Positions 26,486-40,125 of a DNA stretch of 64,000 bases are shown here, in pieces. Position 1 is the stretch's first letter; every line of letters starts with the position of its first letter. The notes under the pieces are model-generated. The model made no database searches. It saw only the letters and a program-made list of their open reading frames with translations, and was not told the origin of the DNA. The DNA lies in NCBI GenBank assembly GCA_951406725.2, contig OX597824.1, forward strand, positions 20,584,001 to 20,648,000. The letters are read 5' to 3'. The stretch comes from Octopus vulgaris. Taxonomy: Eukaryota. Both the position numbers and the translations under genes were made by a program.

Positions 26486-26747
26486 TATAAGATAAATGAA
26501 GAAAGTGAGAAAACGACATTCAAAAGTAAGCTATTTTATTGCTTACACAGATATATAATAATAATGATGATGATGATGATGATGATGATGACGATGACGA
26601 TGACGACGACGACGACGACCCTACGTAAAACACTTTCAATACAGTAACTATAATAGCATCAAAACAAATACAGCACATACCTAAGGCACACAGAGCTGCG
26701 CTTGGTAGTGCAGTGAAAGCACGTTATAACAATAACATTACTGAATG

Positions 26748-26799
<52 letters not shown>

Positions 26800-27097
26800 T
26801 AATAACCGAACCGAAAATTAATGAGAATGATACCATCCCTGCAAGAAGTGCAAAAGATTGTCTTAACTGGTACATCACACGTATTGAGAAGAGCATTGTC
26901 GCTGTGAGAGCTGTTACTGCCCATGTATTTTAATTTAACCTTTAAAAAAAAATTTTTTTTAATGAACGAACTATTGAGTTTGGTTTAATGGCCTACCAAT
27001 GTATACTATGAGTTTCTTTGCCCTAGGAGTCGGGAAGACGCTCGGCAAGAAATGGAAGCAAATTTGAAAGAAGAAGAAAAATAAATAATAATAATAA

Positions 27098-27445
27098 TCC
27101 TTTCTACTATAGGTACAACGCCTGGAATTTGTGGGGAAGAAGACAGTCGATCACATCGACTCCAGTACTCAACTGGTACTTCATTTATCTACCTCGGCGG
27201 AATTTGAACTCAGAACGTAGCAACGGGCGAAATACCTATTTCTTTACTACCCACAAGGGGCTAAACACAGAGGGGTCAAACAAGGACAGACAAAGTCAAT
27301 TACATCGACCCCAGTGCGTAACTGATATTTAATTTATCGACCCCGAAAAGGATGAAAGGCAAAGTCGACCTCGGAACGTAGCGGCAGACGAAATACCGCT
27401 AAGCATTTCACACGACGTGCTAACGATTCTGCCAGCTCACCGCCA
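27098..27445 (-). mobile_element. SINE family A with internal deletions
   Basis: Consensus match. Confidence 0.85.
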
Positions 27446-27479
27446 TAATGATGATGATGATGATGATAATGGTTGATGA

Positions 27480-27780
27480 AAGAAACGAACCCTATTATCA
27501 ACCCCCTTATCTCCCCTTATTTCGCTCTCGCGTCTCATGTTTGATCTTTGACCTCTGGCCGAAATCAGATCGCCATGTTGATTCGTTAGTTACTGCACGC
27601 ATTTTTTTCTCTCCTTCTTTCTGTGTTTTTTTTTCTCTCTGTGTATCTTTCTGTTGAAGAGCGTAGGCTCGAAACGTTAAAGACTTGTTTTATTTATATT
27701 TCCTGAGCGCCATACTAATACAATTGTTTGTTTGTTTCCCACCTGCCTTCGTCTTTTGTCTATTTTCATAAAGCTTCCCG

Positions 27781-27782
<2 letters not shown>
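27480..27782 (+). mobile_element. PLE pLTR fragment with minimal HHR (27646-27683)
   Basis: tcttt CTGTTGA A gagc-gtag-gctc GAAAC GTT aaaga; related to 35420-35570 and 60850-61110. Confidence 0.65.
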
Positions 27783-27829
<47 letters not shown>

Positions 27830-28134
27830 AAAAAGGAGATGTGGAACACGAGTTGTGATATATAAAAAAAGGAAATGAAGAAAATGCTGACAAAATAATT
27901 TAAGTAAGGGAGAGTGTATTTAGTTAGGTGAAAGTTATTTACCGGTTGCGCATTTGTTATGCTTATCAAAAGATATTTTTTTTAAAGATATATATATATA
28001 TATATATATATATCGAAATTACAGGAAATTTCTTGGAGCATGAGCTTATAAAAAACTTTCCAGACGGTCAAGCTTTAATAATTGCTTTCTTTTAGTAACT
28101 GTTACATACCTAATTAATAAGCGGCTTTCTCCAT

Positions 28135-28170
<36 letters not shown>

Positions 28171-28235
28171 GTTTAAATATTTGTTGTGCAAGATTTTATT
28201 GGCTAAACTGGCAATACGACCATTCCGAAATATAA

Positions 28236-28294
<59 letters not shown>

Positions 28295-29167
28295 AGGATA
28301 TATCCTAATGCATTATAATGCGGACATACGTTTATATATAATGTATCTATATAATGATTTTAATTTTCATGATTGTTACCCGTGATTATCATTATCAGCA
28401 TTTTTGATTACAATCTATTTGCTTAATGTTATCACCCGGATAAGGTTTCGTCGCAAGGTGATAGATCATAATAAACAGCTTCTACTCTATGCACATGATA
28501 TGCATACATATAATCTACAAATTTATTGGATTGAATATCTTATTTAATCAAACGGCTTTTGTTTCAATTCGCTAAATTAAAATCTGTGGGACCCTAACCA
28601 TAGTGGGCATTCGATAAGTACGCAGAACGCCCTCTTGGAATCACATTGTCAAGGTAAGTACAACTAGACAGAAGAAACTGAAAACCAAAACAAATACAAA
28701 CTTTAAAAAAGATGGAGCAACAAATCTCTTCTTGTTTTACAATTACAATATTTATTAAGACAGCGGCGTAACAACACTTAGAAAGGTAGTTTATCTTGTA
28801 CAATATCAAAATTCCTTTCAACAATTAACAGCAAAAAAGCTAAATGGACCGAATGAAAATATCTTACGCGATATTCAAAAGTAAGAGAGCAAGTAATAGC
28901 ATTTTTTTCAGAAGACGAAGACTAGCACAAAATAACCCCAGTTTCCGCTGTAAGTACCCCCTTTCTTTACTTCTTTCTTTACTTCTTTCTTTCTTTTTTT
29001 CTTAAATGTCAAAATATCTTATTTGTTGAATCCCGAGTAGAAGAAGATAGATGCCTGCCATTGTTTGGTTAAGTGGAAATCGGTGAACAATGAGTGGGTA
29101 CGGGTAAACACGTACACCCCGTAACCATGCAGCAACGGCCCAGCGTTTAAAGTGAAATTTCGGAATC

Positions 29168-29250
29168 GAATTACATCTGCTGAGCACGAGGAAGGTGTGC
29201 ATCGGCTGATGGCCGATGTCACCTCCAATCAGTGCTGCAATGGTGATTTC
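29168..29250 (+). ncRNA. Candidate pri-miRNA-like hairpin
   Basis: By-eye pairing catcggc/gccgatg, aggtg/cacct, agcac/gtgct, tgc/gca plus a basal gaattac/gtgattt stem, in sequence not repeated in this window. The strand is tentative. Confidence 0.35.
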
Positions 29251-30665
29251 TGAGAATCTAAATCCACCTAAGAAAAAAAAAAAAAAAAAAAAAGATCTCC
29301 AGCGAAAGACACTGAGTGGATCGGGGGCGATAACAGAAGTTTTCAACTGGGGGGGTGATTGGAGTGGTGCTGTACATAAAAAGAAAAAGAAAAGAAACAC
29401 GAAGAAAAGGCAGAGGGATTTGTTTGTGTAGCTGTTGCAGTCGTTTAAAGGCTTACAGGATATTTGCTGAGAAGAATTAAAGCAGAATCAAGTTACTATT
29501 GAAGGCATGTTCGGTGGTGTTCATGTGTGTGAGTTCTTTATGGTTTGGAAACGGCAAGTTTATTTTAAAGCACCTTTTTTTCAAATCAATTATTCTACCT
29601 TCTGAACAAGTTTTACTAATTTTATTGCTTTGTAAGACTTTTTTTTTTTCTTTTCAAAAAAAAAAAAAAAAAAAAAAGGCAAGGAAAAATATACACATTA
29701 AACTCTGAAGAGTAGCAAATATCTAAGTGATGGAAGGGGCATTATTTGTATCGAGTGAAAAGCTGCTTGTTCGCTTCCTGATAACTTAGCCGAAGCACTT
29801 GAAATCACACACGCATAACATAAGGAGGAGAAAAAGTGGGCGGAGACAACTCAGTGATGGAGTATGGCATTTACTAAACGGATTTTCATGAGTCGATTGG
29901 TGATATGAACATTTGAGATCGAATTATCAGAGCGGAGATTAAAGGAGTTCTTTAAATTCGTCACTTGACAGATAAACTCTCATCTTTCTGCGGATCTTCG
30001 ATGGGAGAATGAGTATCTTTATGAGTGCTACACAATAACGACAATGGTGATCAGATCAAGATGATGACTGGAGAACAAACGGTTCTCCAAATAAAAGTAT
30101 ACCAAGCTATCTCTAAGGGAAAATTGAATTTTTCCCGTTCTATTTATTAATGTTTCCTAATTTAGGCACAAGGCTAGAAATTCTTATAAGAGGAGATTAA
30201 GTGATACCATCAAGTACCTCAGGACATCAACTCGAAATATTTTAGGTCTTCGCGCCATTGCTAGATAATCGTTGACTCTTCACTAGGTTCATCCATTTGA
30301 CAGGCATTTTTTTTTTTTTGTCCTGCAACGTTTCTCACCAGGCTAGCACGTTTGGTGGCTTCTTCAGCTGCCGCCGACCCTACCATGCAACAAGTTGCAT
30401 AGAGCATTGTGTTAGCAACAGCACTCATGGAGTGAATAGATTTAAGAGAGCAACTTGACACATCCTATTTAATAATCGAAAAGTCTTGTTATCGTTTCTG
30501 CCCATCCCGTTACTTAGGTCTAGGTGTACCCCGGTCAGTTGGTGACCCCTTCACTCAATACAAATTTCCATTGCATGATGTAATTTGTATTTATCCCCGT
30601 AGTTATATATACATGTATACAGTTATTTATATATTTGATGTCATTTCGGTTGTCGTCAGGTCGCT

Positions 30666-31428
30666 TTTGAGTGCTACTGGTACCATGTAGTCCAGTACAA
30701 CCTGTTACATGGTCGGGTCGTCGGCGACTAAACTGGCAACCCCACCAGGCTTGCTTGGTGAGGCGGGTGATTGTTGGACACCCTGCGGGACAAAATAATA
30801 AGACGACCCGTCAAAGGGCGGAAGAACTACAGCGTAGTCAACGGCCATCCAACATTTGTAAATAACTATGTAATAAATATCAAAAATGATATTCATATTT
30901 TTTCTGTTTATTTTTGCTTGTTTTTTGGGGTTTTTTTGGGGGGGGAGGGGGTTTTTTTTTTTTTTTGCAGGTCATTACCCTGCTGAGAACTGGGTGATTC
31001 CCCCAGTACGCTTTCGCTGCGCAACTTTACTCAACGAAAACTTTAGCAAATACATAATGTATCATTATTTCTTATATTGCCTGTTCTGAGTTACACTACT
31101 TCTATCACATCATCCATCAAGTTTAGTTATTATTGCTATGCATCGGACTGTTTCAAATATACGAAATACAGTAACTACGTAATACATGCTGCATCACTAA
31201 AATGTTAATTTACTTACTGAAAGGCGACATTTCACTCAGGAGATTATCGGCCGTTGACTACGCTGTAGTTCTTCCGCCCTTTGACGGGTCTTATTATTTT
31301 GTCCCGCAGGGTGTCCAACAATCACCCGCCTCACCAAGCAAGCCTGGTGGGGTTGCCAGTTTAGTCGTCGATGACCCGACCATGTAACAAGTTGTACTGG
31401 ACTACATGGGTACCAGTAGCACTCAAAA
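30666..31428. repeat. Inverted pair of ~180-bp GC-rich structured units (possibly derived from an RTE 5' UTR)
   Basis: 30666-30846 is the reverse complement of 31249-31428, with about 3 substitutions and 2 small indels. Confidence 0.9.
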
Positions 31429-31446
31429 TGAAAAACCGCATATAAT

Positions 31447-31667
31447 AGAGCAGTTGTATACTGTCAACTTAACGTGACAGTCCCATAAAGGGAATCACAC
31501 AACCGCTATTTAGCCTTTGGAAGCATCAACGCTTCCTGTCGGCCTTGACACATTTCCTGTGTCCTTATATTTACAAGGGGGAGACAAGCACCCCCACCCA
31601 GCTAAGCCTGCATCCAGAGACTAGTTTGTGAATCTTGCTCGTCATCAGTCTGGAGCAGCAAGGCCTG
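31447..31667 (-). mobile_element. ~220-bp hammerhead-containing element, copy 2
   Basis: HHR at 31613-31654 on the minus strand with perfect stem I (tccaga/tctgga) but CAAAC in place of GAAAC. Confidence 0.65.
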
Positions 31668-31696
31668 CAGCTGAAGATACCTGTCTAGACTTTGTA

Positions 31697-31745
<49 letters not shown>

Positions 31746-31777
31746 GTAATGTATATGTGTGTGTGTATATATGTGTG

Positions 31778-31886
<109 letters not shown>

Positions 31887-32022
31887 GATAGATATTATAT
31901 TAAATTAGAGATAAAACCACTATTAGGCAAATCAAACAGTGAAAAACTTAAGCCAATACTTAAAATTAATTAATTTATATTATTTTAAATATATATCAAA
32001 AGTATTAAAAGTTTAATAAAAG

Positions 32023-32087
<65 letters not shown>

Positions 32088-32604
32088 TGTATGTATGTAT
32101 GTATATATATATTGCAAATATATATATATAATAGATCTATGCGTTACAAATTTTTTCGAATGCTTCTTCATTTGCCATTTCCAGATCAGCCAGAAGCAAA
32201 TTCAATTCTATAAATCCTTCCACCTCACAACACAGAATAGCCAGCGAGCTTGCTTTACCTATATTATATAAACTAACATATTTAAAACAGAATTACTTGT
32301 ATGTTATATAACTTAACTTATCTAAAAGAGAATTTATTATAACCGTCTTCTATATCTAATACCCCAGCTGATGTAGTCATCAGCCGTGTACAAACGTGGA
32401 TGGCAGAATTCTGTGATGTTTCAACCAGGTATTGATATCTCACAAATTTAGCCTCCTCGGCAGTGCCTGGATATAAAACCTATTACTCAGGCTGACGATG
32501 GTTTTAATTAATTCTTTCTAAGATTAATTAGTTTCCAGATACTCATTCCGGTGTCCCAGTAATTAAGACATATTTCGTGTTAATACATTCATACACGTGC
32601 GTCA

Positions 32605-33255
<651 letters not shown>

Positions 33256-33683
33256 CTACCTGCCTGCCTTCAACTCTAGATGAAAGTTGTAAGATTGCCC
33301 CTTCGGACATTCTTAGATCTGGCGGAGTCTGTTCCCCTCCAAGTCTCACATCAACCGATTTCTTCTTTTTCTTCTGAGAGTGAGAGAGAGAGAGAGGAGG
33401 GGCGGGCGGGCAGGCATTCAGATAAACAGAAAAAGAAAAAGAGAGAGAGAGAGAAGAAAAAAAAGAGTGTGAGAAGAATTGGTCCATGTAGCAGACTGGT
33501 GACTTTATCGATCTCGAAAGAACAAAAAACAAAAATGACTTTGACAGCATTTGAACACAGAGCGCAGACAGCCGGAGCGAATTCTATAAGACACTTTGTC
33601 CGACGCTTTGGCGAATCAACCATTTCGCCTTTATGTATATACGTATGTATGCATGCAAGCATGTACACATACACACACACACA

Positions 33684-33715
<32 letters not shown>

Positions 33716-33734
33716 TACACTGGTAATACTTTCT

Positions 33735-33962
33735 GCGAGCTGGCAGAAACGTTAGCACGCCGGGCGAAATGCGTTGCCGTATTTCGTCTGCCGTTACGTT
33801 CTGAGTTCAAATTCCGCCGAAATCGACTTTGCCTTTCATCCTTTCGGGGTCGATAAATTAAGTACCAGTGACGCACTGGGGTCGATGTAATTGACTTAAT
33901 CCGTTTGTCTGTACTTTTTTTGTCCCCTCTATGTTTAGCCCCTTGTGGGTAGTAAAGAAATA
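33735..33962 (+). mobile_element. SINE family A, one module
   Basis: 13-bp TSD ggtaatactttct (33722, 33963). Confidence 0.9.
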
Positions 33963-34777
33963 GGTAATACTTTCTCGTGTGCCCATGTACATACGTGGGC
34001 GCACACAAACCACATAACGCACACGCACACACACAGTACGTATCTTATATATCTTAATCCCAGCGAAACTTTAAACTCTGCTTGCTCGCTGTCTTACATC
34101 AACAGTTATTTCAAAACAACATATCATCACTCTTGCTCTGTCTGTCTTGGTTTACATTATATTAAAATCACATATTCTAATCTCGCAAACTTCACGCTCT
34201 AATGAAAAGCTGAAATTGGACACCTTTGATTGCGTATCGTTTTTTTTTTTGCAGCGTTAATTAATTGAAATTAATATTTGTTATGCAATACCCAGCGGAA
34301 AGATTGCAGAGTCTAGGAAAATTAATTAATTAATTGAAATTCAGTTCTAACATAATCCAATGTCGTTCACACTTTTCTTTTTTTTTTTAAACACGCAACT
34401 TCATTGATCTGAACCGTTATCTACAGAGCCATTGTCGTCGTCGTCGGCGGCGGCGACGGCGGCGGCGCTGAGCGTTTTTTTCGCTGTTTCTTACATTGGA
34501 GGCGAGGATTTCTCGTTCAAGCATGAGGCTGGCTGCCAGCACCCATCCTTAAAGGGCACCCTGAAAGGTGGAATTGCACCTAAAGTTTCCGCTGGCCGAT
34601 ACAGGGCCGAGTTTTCGTCTCCCCGTCAATATTTACTGTGCTTTTAGCACAGCACATCTAAAACAGATCTTGTCCCAGGATGGATACCGCAATAACGGTT
34701 TATTAAAAGTGTAGATACATTATGTATGATACCTAGATAGCTATTTCACACACAAACGCACACAGAAACACACATAG

Positions 34778-34944
34778 GTACAGGCGTGGCTGTGTGGTAA
34801 GAAGCTTGTTTCCCAACCACATGGTCCCAGGTTCAGTCCCACTGCGTGTTACCTTGGGCAGGGATTTTCTACAATAGCCTCGGGCCGACCAAAGCCTTGT
34901 GAGTGGATTTGGTAGACGGAAACTGAAAGAAAACCGTCGTGTGT

Positions 34945-35009
<65 letters not shown>

Positions 35010-35122
35010 GTATCTGTGTTTGTACCCCATCACCACTTGTCAACCAGTGTTGGCATGTTTACGTCCCCGAAACTTAGCGGTGCTGCAGTATGGCCGCTGT
35101 CAAATGACTGAAACAAATAAAA

Positions 35123-35125
<3 letters not shown>
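34778..35125 (+). mobile_element. SINE family B with internal deletion
   Basis: Consensus match; deletion joined at gcggt microhomology near 35078. Confidence 0.88.
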
Positions 35126-35157
<32 letters not shown>

Positions 35158-35299
35158 TACATATGACTGAAATTGAGTCAATTCTTTGACATTTGGAAAA
35201 TACAGAAAAAGCTAGAAGTGGTTCTATTAAATTCAGGTCAGAAAGAAACGTTAATTACACTTGAGTCACAAGTTCTACTTAGAAAAACATGGCATACTC

Positions 35300-35376
<77 letters not shown>

Positions 35377-35419
35377 CGATATGCTTAATCGCTAAATCCA
35401 CAAGATTTCATAATCCCTC

Positions 35420-35570
35420 TTTGTTTACTTTCTCTTATTCCTTTCTGTTGAAGAGCGTAGGCTCGAAACATAAAAGACTTTCTCACTTTCCCGAGCGTCA
35501 GAGTAATACACCTTCTTGTTGTTCATATACTTTGTTTTCGTCTTTTGCTTTTCTGTAAATTTCAACTATA
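35420..35570 (+). mobile_element. PLE pLTR fragment with minimal HHR (35441-35476)
   Basis: cttt CTGTTGA A gagc-gtag-gctc GAAAC ATA aaag. Confidence 0.62.
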
Positions 35571-35577
35571 CATTCTT

Positions 35578-35981
35578 TTATTCTTTTTCATTATATTTAT
35601 TTCAGTCAACTGACCGCGGCCGTGTTGGAGCACCGCCTTTAGTCAAACAAATCTACCCCAGGACTTATTCTTTGTAGGCCTAGTACTTATTCTATCAATC
35701 TCTTTTTGCCGAACCGCTATATCACGGGGACATAAACACACCAACATCGGTTGTCAAGGAATTATGGGAGACAAACACAGACACACACACAAATTTACAC
35801 ACACACACACACACATATATACGACGGGCTTCTTCCAGGTTTCCGTCTACCAAATCCACTAACTAGGCTTTGGTCGGCCCGATGCTATACTAGAAGACAT
35901 TTGCCCAAGGTGCCATAGAATGGGACTGAATCCGGAACCATGTTTTTGGTAAGCAAGCTACTTACCACACAGCCACGCCTG

Positions 35982-35982
<1 letters not shown>
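35578..35982 (-). mobile_element. SINE family B
   Basis: Reverse-complement match to consensus. Confidence 0.88.
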
Positions 35983-36053
<71 letters not shown>

Positions 36054-36233
36054 AGTTTTATAGATTTTTGCTGTAAAGTACACTGAACATGCGAAGAAAA
36101 TAATCTCAGTATTGATTGAATACCAACAATAAAGTATATTACTAATGGTGGCTTATTATTTCGAAATTCCGCCCATTCTACCACCTCAGAACATCGTTGT
36201 GAGAGGGATTAAAATTTGCTAGTGTAATATATA

Positions 36234-36747
36234 TCTATATATATAAAACTGTAGTTGTGTGAGTGTCTGTCCCCTTCGATTTAGATTCATAACTACTCCC
36301 ACATTTTGCGGTGCAGTTTAATCCAAATTCGGGTATCTTATAGTCGTGATTCATATCGAGCCCGTCTGGGTATTAGCGCGCGTCTACGATGAGTCTACGA
36401 TTTTAAAAATAATTTAACATCATTTTTTATTCCATTTTAATGCATATTTTTTCGTGTGTCGATGGCGGCGGAGTTGGCGTCCATGCTCACATCTGCACCT
36501 GTGTTGCTTCTCCCCCTTCTTCCCTCCCTCGTGAAGCTGTGGGGAAGGGAGTGTAAGGAAATCAACGTCGTAAAGCGTTGTCAAGGAGACCAGCGTTCTT
36601 TTAGAACAACGACTTCATGGCTTGAAGACACCAAAACAGAAATGGCTAAGAAAGCCCGAATTAGCATCTATAAGGGAAGTAACTCTCTAAAAATGCTTAT
36701 ATAGTTATTTCCCTTACAAACCCGAGCAACGCCGGGCGATACTGCTA

Positions 36748-36748
<1 letters not shown>
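36234..36748 (+). mobile_element. Non-autonomous Helitron, family H1 copy 2
   Basis: TC...CTAG ends and 3' hairpin; inserted into a (TA)n tract. Confidence 0.85.
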
Positions 36749-36788
<40 letters not shown>

Positions 36789-37063
36789 TATACACACATA
36801 CATCCATACACTAAATATTACACGGCTCCGGTCATAGTGACCCGCCTGCGGCCTATCTGCACTGACTAATATCTTTTTGTTTGCAAAATTAACGGACTGT
36901 GAAGTATTACTTCTTTCAGTTGTAGAGAGGTTATGTGCCTACGGCCATTTGAGCCTGACGTGTTGCTTATATTGTTATGTGCTTTATAAGTCGAAACCAG
37001 TGGTCACTCTATAACCGGCCATAACATTTAACTTCGTTAGATCTATATATATACATATATATT

Positions 37064-37116
<53 letters not shown>

Positions 37117-37666
37117 TCCGTTCTATCTCTGTGTGTGTCTTCTAGAATCTCGGGCATCCTCCATCCGATTGCGCTCAAATCTGATATGTAGATACCGACG
37201 GTATCAGGATGTGTATAACTCTTGAAAAGATTACAAAAATCGATTCCAGGAGAGAATGCGATCGATAAAGCTGTGGGAACATCAGCTGTTGCGATCAATA
37301 CTTCGCGTACGCGAGAAAATGTCTATTTTTATTTCTTCTTTTGCTGGTGTCTCAAATTTAGGTTAAATCAGTATTTCTCAAAAGGGAGGCCTATGGGACG
37401 GTCGGACAAGTTGTTTTGAGAAAATTTGGTTTAAATTTTTGACAACTAACCACGTCTATTGGATGGGGGTGTTTTGCTCGTGTATATATATATACATATA
37501 TATACATACGAGAATTTTATACCACCTGTTCCCTACATGCAGACAAGTTATAAATATATTGTATCTGTCATAGGGTGTGTGTATGTGTGATCATATATTC
37601 GTAGTTTCTTAATTCCAAATGCGGTAATTTCAGAAAACTATTTTAAGTGATAAAGTAGTAAATAAA

Positions 37667-38053
37667 GTGGAGGCGCAATGGCCCAGTGGTTAGGGCAGCG
37701 GACTCGCGGTCGTAGGATCGCGGTTTCGATTCCCAGACCGGGCGTTGTGAGTGTTTATTGAGCGAAAACACCTAAAGCTCCATGAGGCTCCGGCAGGGGA
37801 TGGTGGTGATCCCTGCTGTACTCTTTCACCACAACTTTCTCTCACTCTTACTTCCTGTTTCTGTTGTAGCTGTATTTCAAAGGGCCAGCCTTGTCACTCT
37901 CTGTGTCACGCTGAATATCCCCGAGAACTACGTTAAGAGTACACGTGTCTGTGGAGTGCTCAGCCACTTACACGTTAATTTCACGAGCAGGCTGTTCCGT
38001 TGATTCGGATCAACCGGAACCCTCGTCGCCGTAACCGACGGAGTGCTTCCACC
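37667..38053 (+). mobile_element. SINE family C, tail a, full length
   Basis: Intact A/B boxes; 10-bp TSD agtaaataaa (37657, 38054). Confidence 0.92.
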
Positions 38054-38557
38054 AGTAAATAAAATTTAACAACGTCGAAAATCCTTAATCCCCGAATCTG
38101 CAATGTGGGTGTGGTTACACACTAAACGAAAAAGAAAAGAAGCATTTTATATTTCTTTCTGAAGAAATACCGCTGTGATGTCTTAAGCTTTAAATTAAAA
38201 TTCTATTTTCTGAAAACCAATGACGTCGCTCTACTTTCTGTACGGATTCATATTAACGAAAATAGAAATTAAGACAAAAAAAAAAAAAAAAAATGAATCA
38301 TCATCTTGATAATATTTCAAAAAACACTAATGATTTATTATACAAATGCGCAAATATATCCGTATCATTTACAAAATATAATCATAGTTGCGAATCTGAT
38401 CCGTAAATAGAAAGCGACTATAATTTTAAATTATGAATAAGCTCTAAATAGCAACCATAAAACGAATGTAAGTGTAAGTCAATTTCTCATTTCTTTCACA
38501 TCGCCACCAGTTTACAAAGAGAGAGTATATATAATTATATATATATATATATGTGTG

Positions 38558-39168
38558 TGAGTGGCTGTGTGGAGAAGTAGCTTGCTTACCAACCACATGG
38601 TCCCGGATTCAGTCCCACTGCGTGGCACCTTGGGCAAGTGTCTTCTACTATAGCCTCGGGCCGACCAAAGCCTTGTGAGTGGGATTTGGTAGACGGAAAC
38701 TGAAAGGAGCCCGTCGTATATATGTATATGTATATATGTGTGTGTGTGTGTGTGTTTGTCTGTGTTTGACTTCAACATCGCTTGACAACCGATGCTGGTG
38801 TGTTTACGTCCCCGTAACTTAGCGGTTCGACAAAACAACCGATAAAATAAGTACTAGGCTTACAAAGAATAAGTTCTGGGGTTGATTTGCTCGACTTAAT
38901 GCGCTGCTCCAGCATCGCCGCAGTCAAATGACTGAAACAAGTAAATGAGAGAAAAAAAGAGAGAAGAGAGAAATATATATATATATATATATATATACGC
39001 GCAGGTGTGGCTGTGTGGTATGAAGCTTGCTTCCCGTCCACATGGTCCAGGTTCGGTCCCACAGCGTGGTACCTTGACCAAGTATCTTCTATCATAGCTC
39101 CGGGTCGTCCAAAGCCTTGTGAGTAGATTTGGTAAGCGGAAACTCTGGAAGAAGCCCATCGTGTATGT

Positions 39169-39205
<37 letters not shown>

Positions 39206-39390
39206 CGTCTGACAACCGGAATTGGTTTGTTTATATCCCCGTAACTTAGTGGTTTCGACAAAAGAACCGGATTGAATAAATACCAGACTTACGAATGAAA
39301 ATAAGCACTGAGGTCGAATTGTTCGACTAAACCCTTCAAGGCGGCGTTCCAGCAAGGCCGCAGTTCAATGAAAGAAACACGTGAAAGATA
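38558..39390 (+). mobile_element. Two head-to-tail SINE family B copies (38558-38950, 38999-39390)
   Basis: Both match the consensus. Confidence 0.88.
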
Positions 39391-39398
39391 ACAGAAAT

Positions 39399-39436
<38 letters not shown>

Positions 39437-39438
<2 letters not shown>

Positions 39439-39698
39439 TTCTTTATTGCCCACAGGGAGGGGGCTAAACATAGAGGGGACAAACAAGGACAAAGGGGTTA
39501 AGTCGATTAGATTGACGCCAGTATGCAACTGGTACTTAATTTATCGACCCCGAAAGGATGAAAGGTAAAGTCAACCTCGGCGGAATTTGAAGTCAAAACG
39601 TAAAGACAGACGAAATACCTATTTCTTTACTACCGACAGACGAAATACCGCTAAGCATTTCGCACGGCGTACTAGCGTTTCAGCCAGCTCGCCGCCTT
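39437..39698 (-). mobile_element. SINE family A
   Basis: Consensus match. Confidence 0.88.
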
Positions 39699-40125
39699 AG
39701 AAATATATATATATATATCGAAGAACGAATTATAAGTTTTGAAACACCCAGTAAAATAAATAATTCGAACGAAATATTAACCGCGTTAACCCTCGACTTA
39801 TTCACCTTTCCGCACTGAAGAACCACCGCTGTTCTTTGGATAAGCAAATAAGAATATCACATCTCACTACGCCACACTTCAGAATTGCTTTCAAAGAGTC
39901 ACCAGTCAGTCGAGTTAAACCAGCTGGTATTACACGGTTACAGTGGATATATCTTTTGATCGTATACTAGCTTCATCAGAAATGACCTGCGGCTAAATAG
40001 CAACATATGTTCATAACTTTTATTTGTAACTAATGATGTATATTTCGGAAGCTAAATAAAACAAGATAAAGGCACCAATAGACAGCTCGCTTACAATTTA
40101 AACTGAGAATGTTGTTGAATGAATA

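Noticed and set aside
30261-30461. R1-like LINE thumb-domain fragment (MSAVANTMLYA...)
   Set aside because: The similarity is too weak to call without BLASTX.
37669-37740. tRNA-Arg gene
   Set aside because: It continues into a SINE body and tail inside a TSD, so it is a SINE head.
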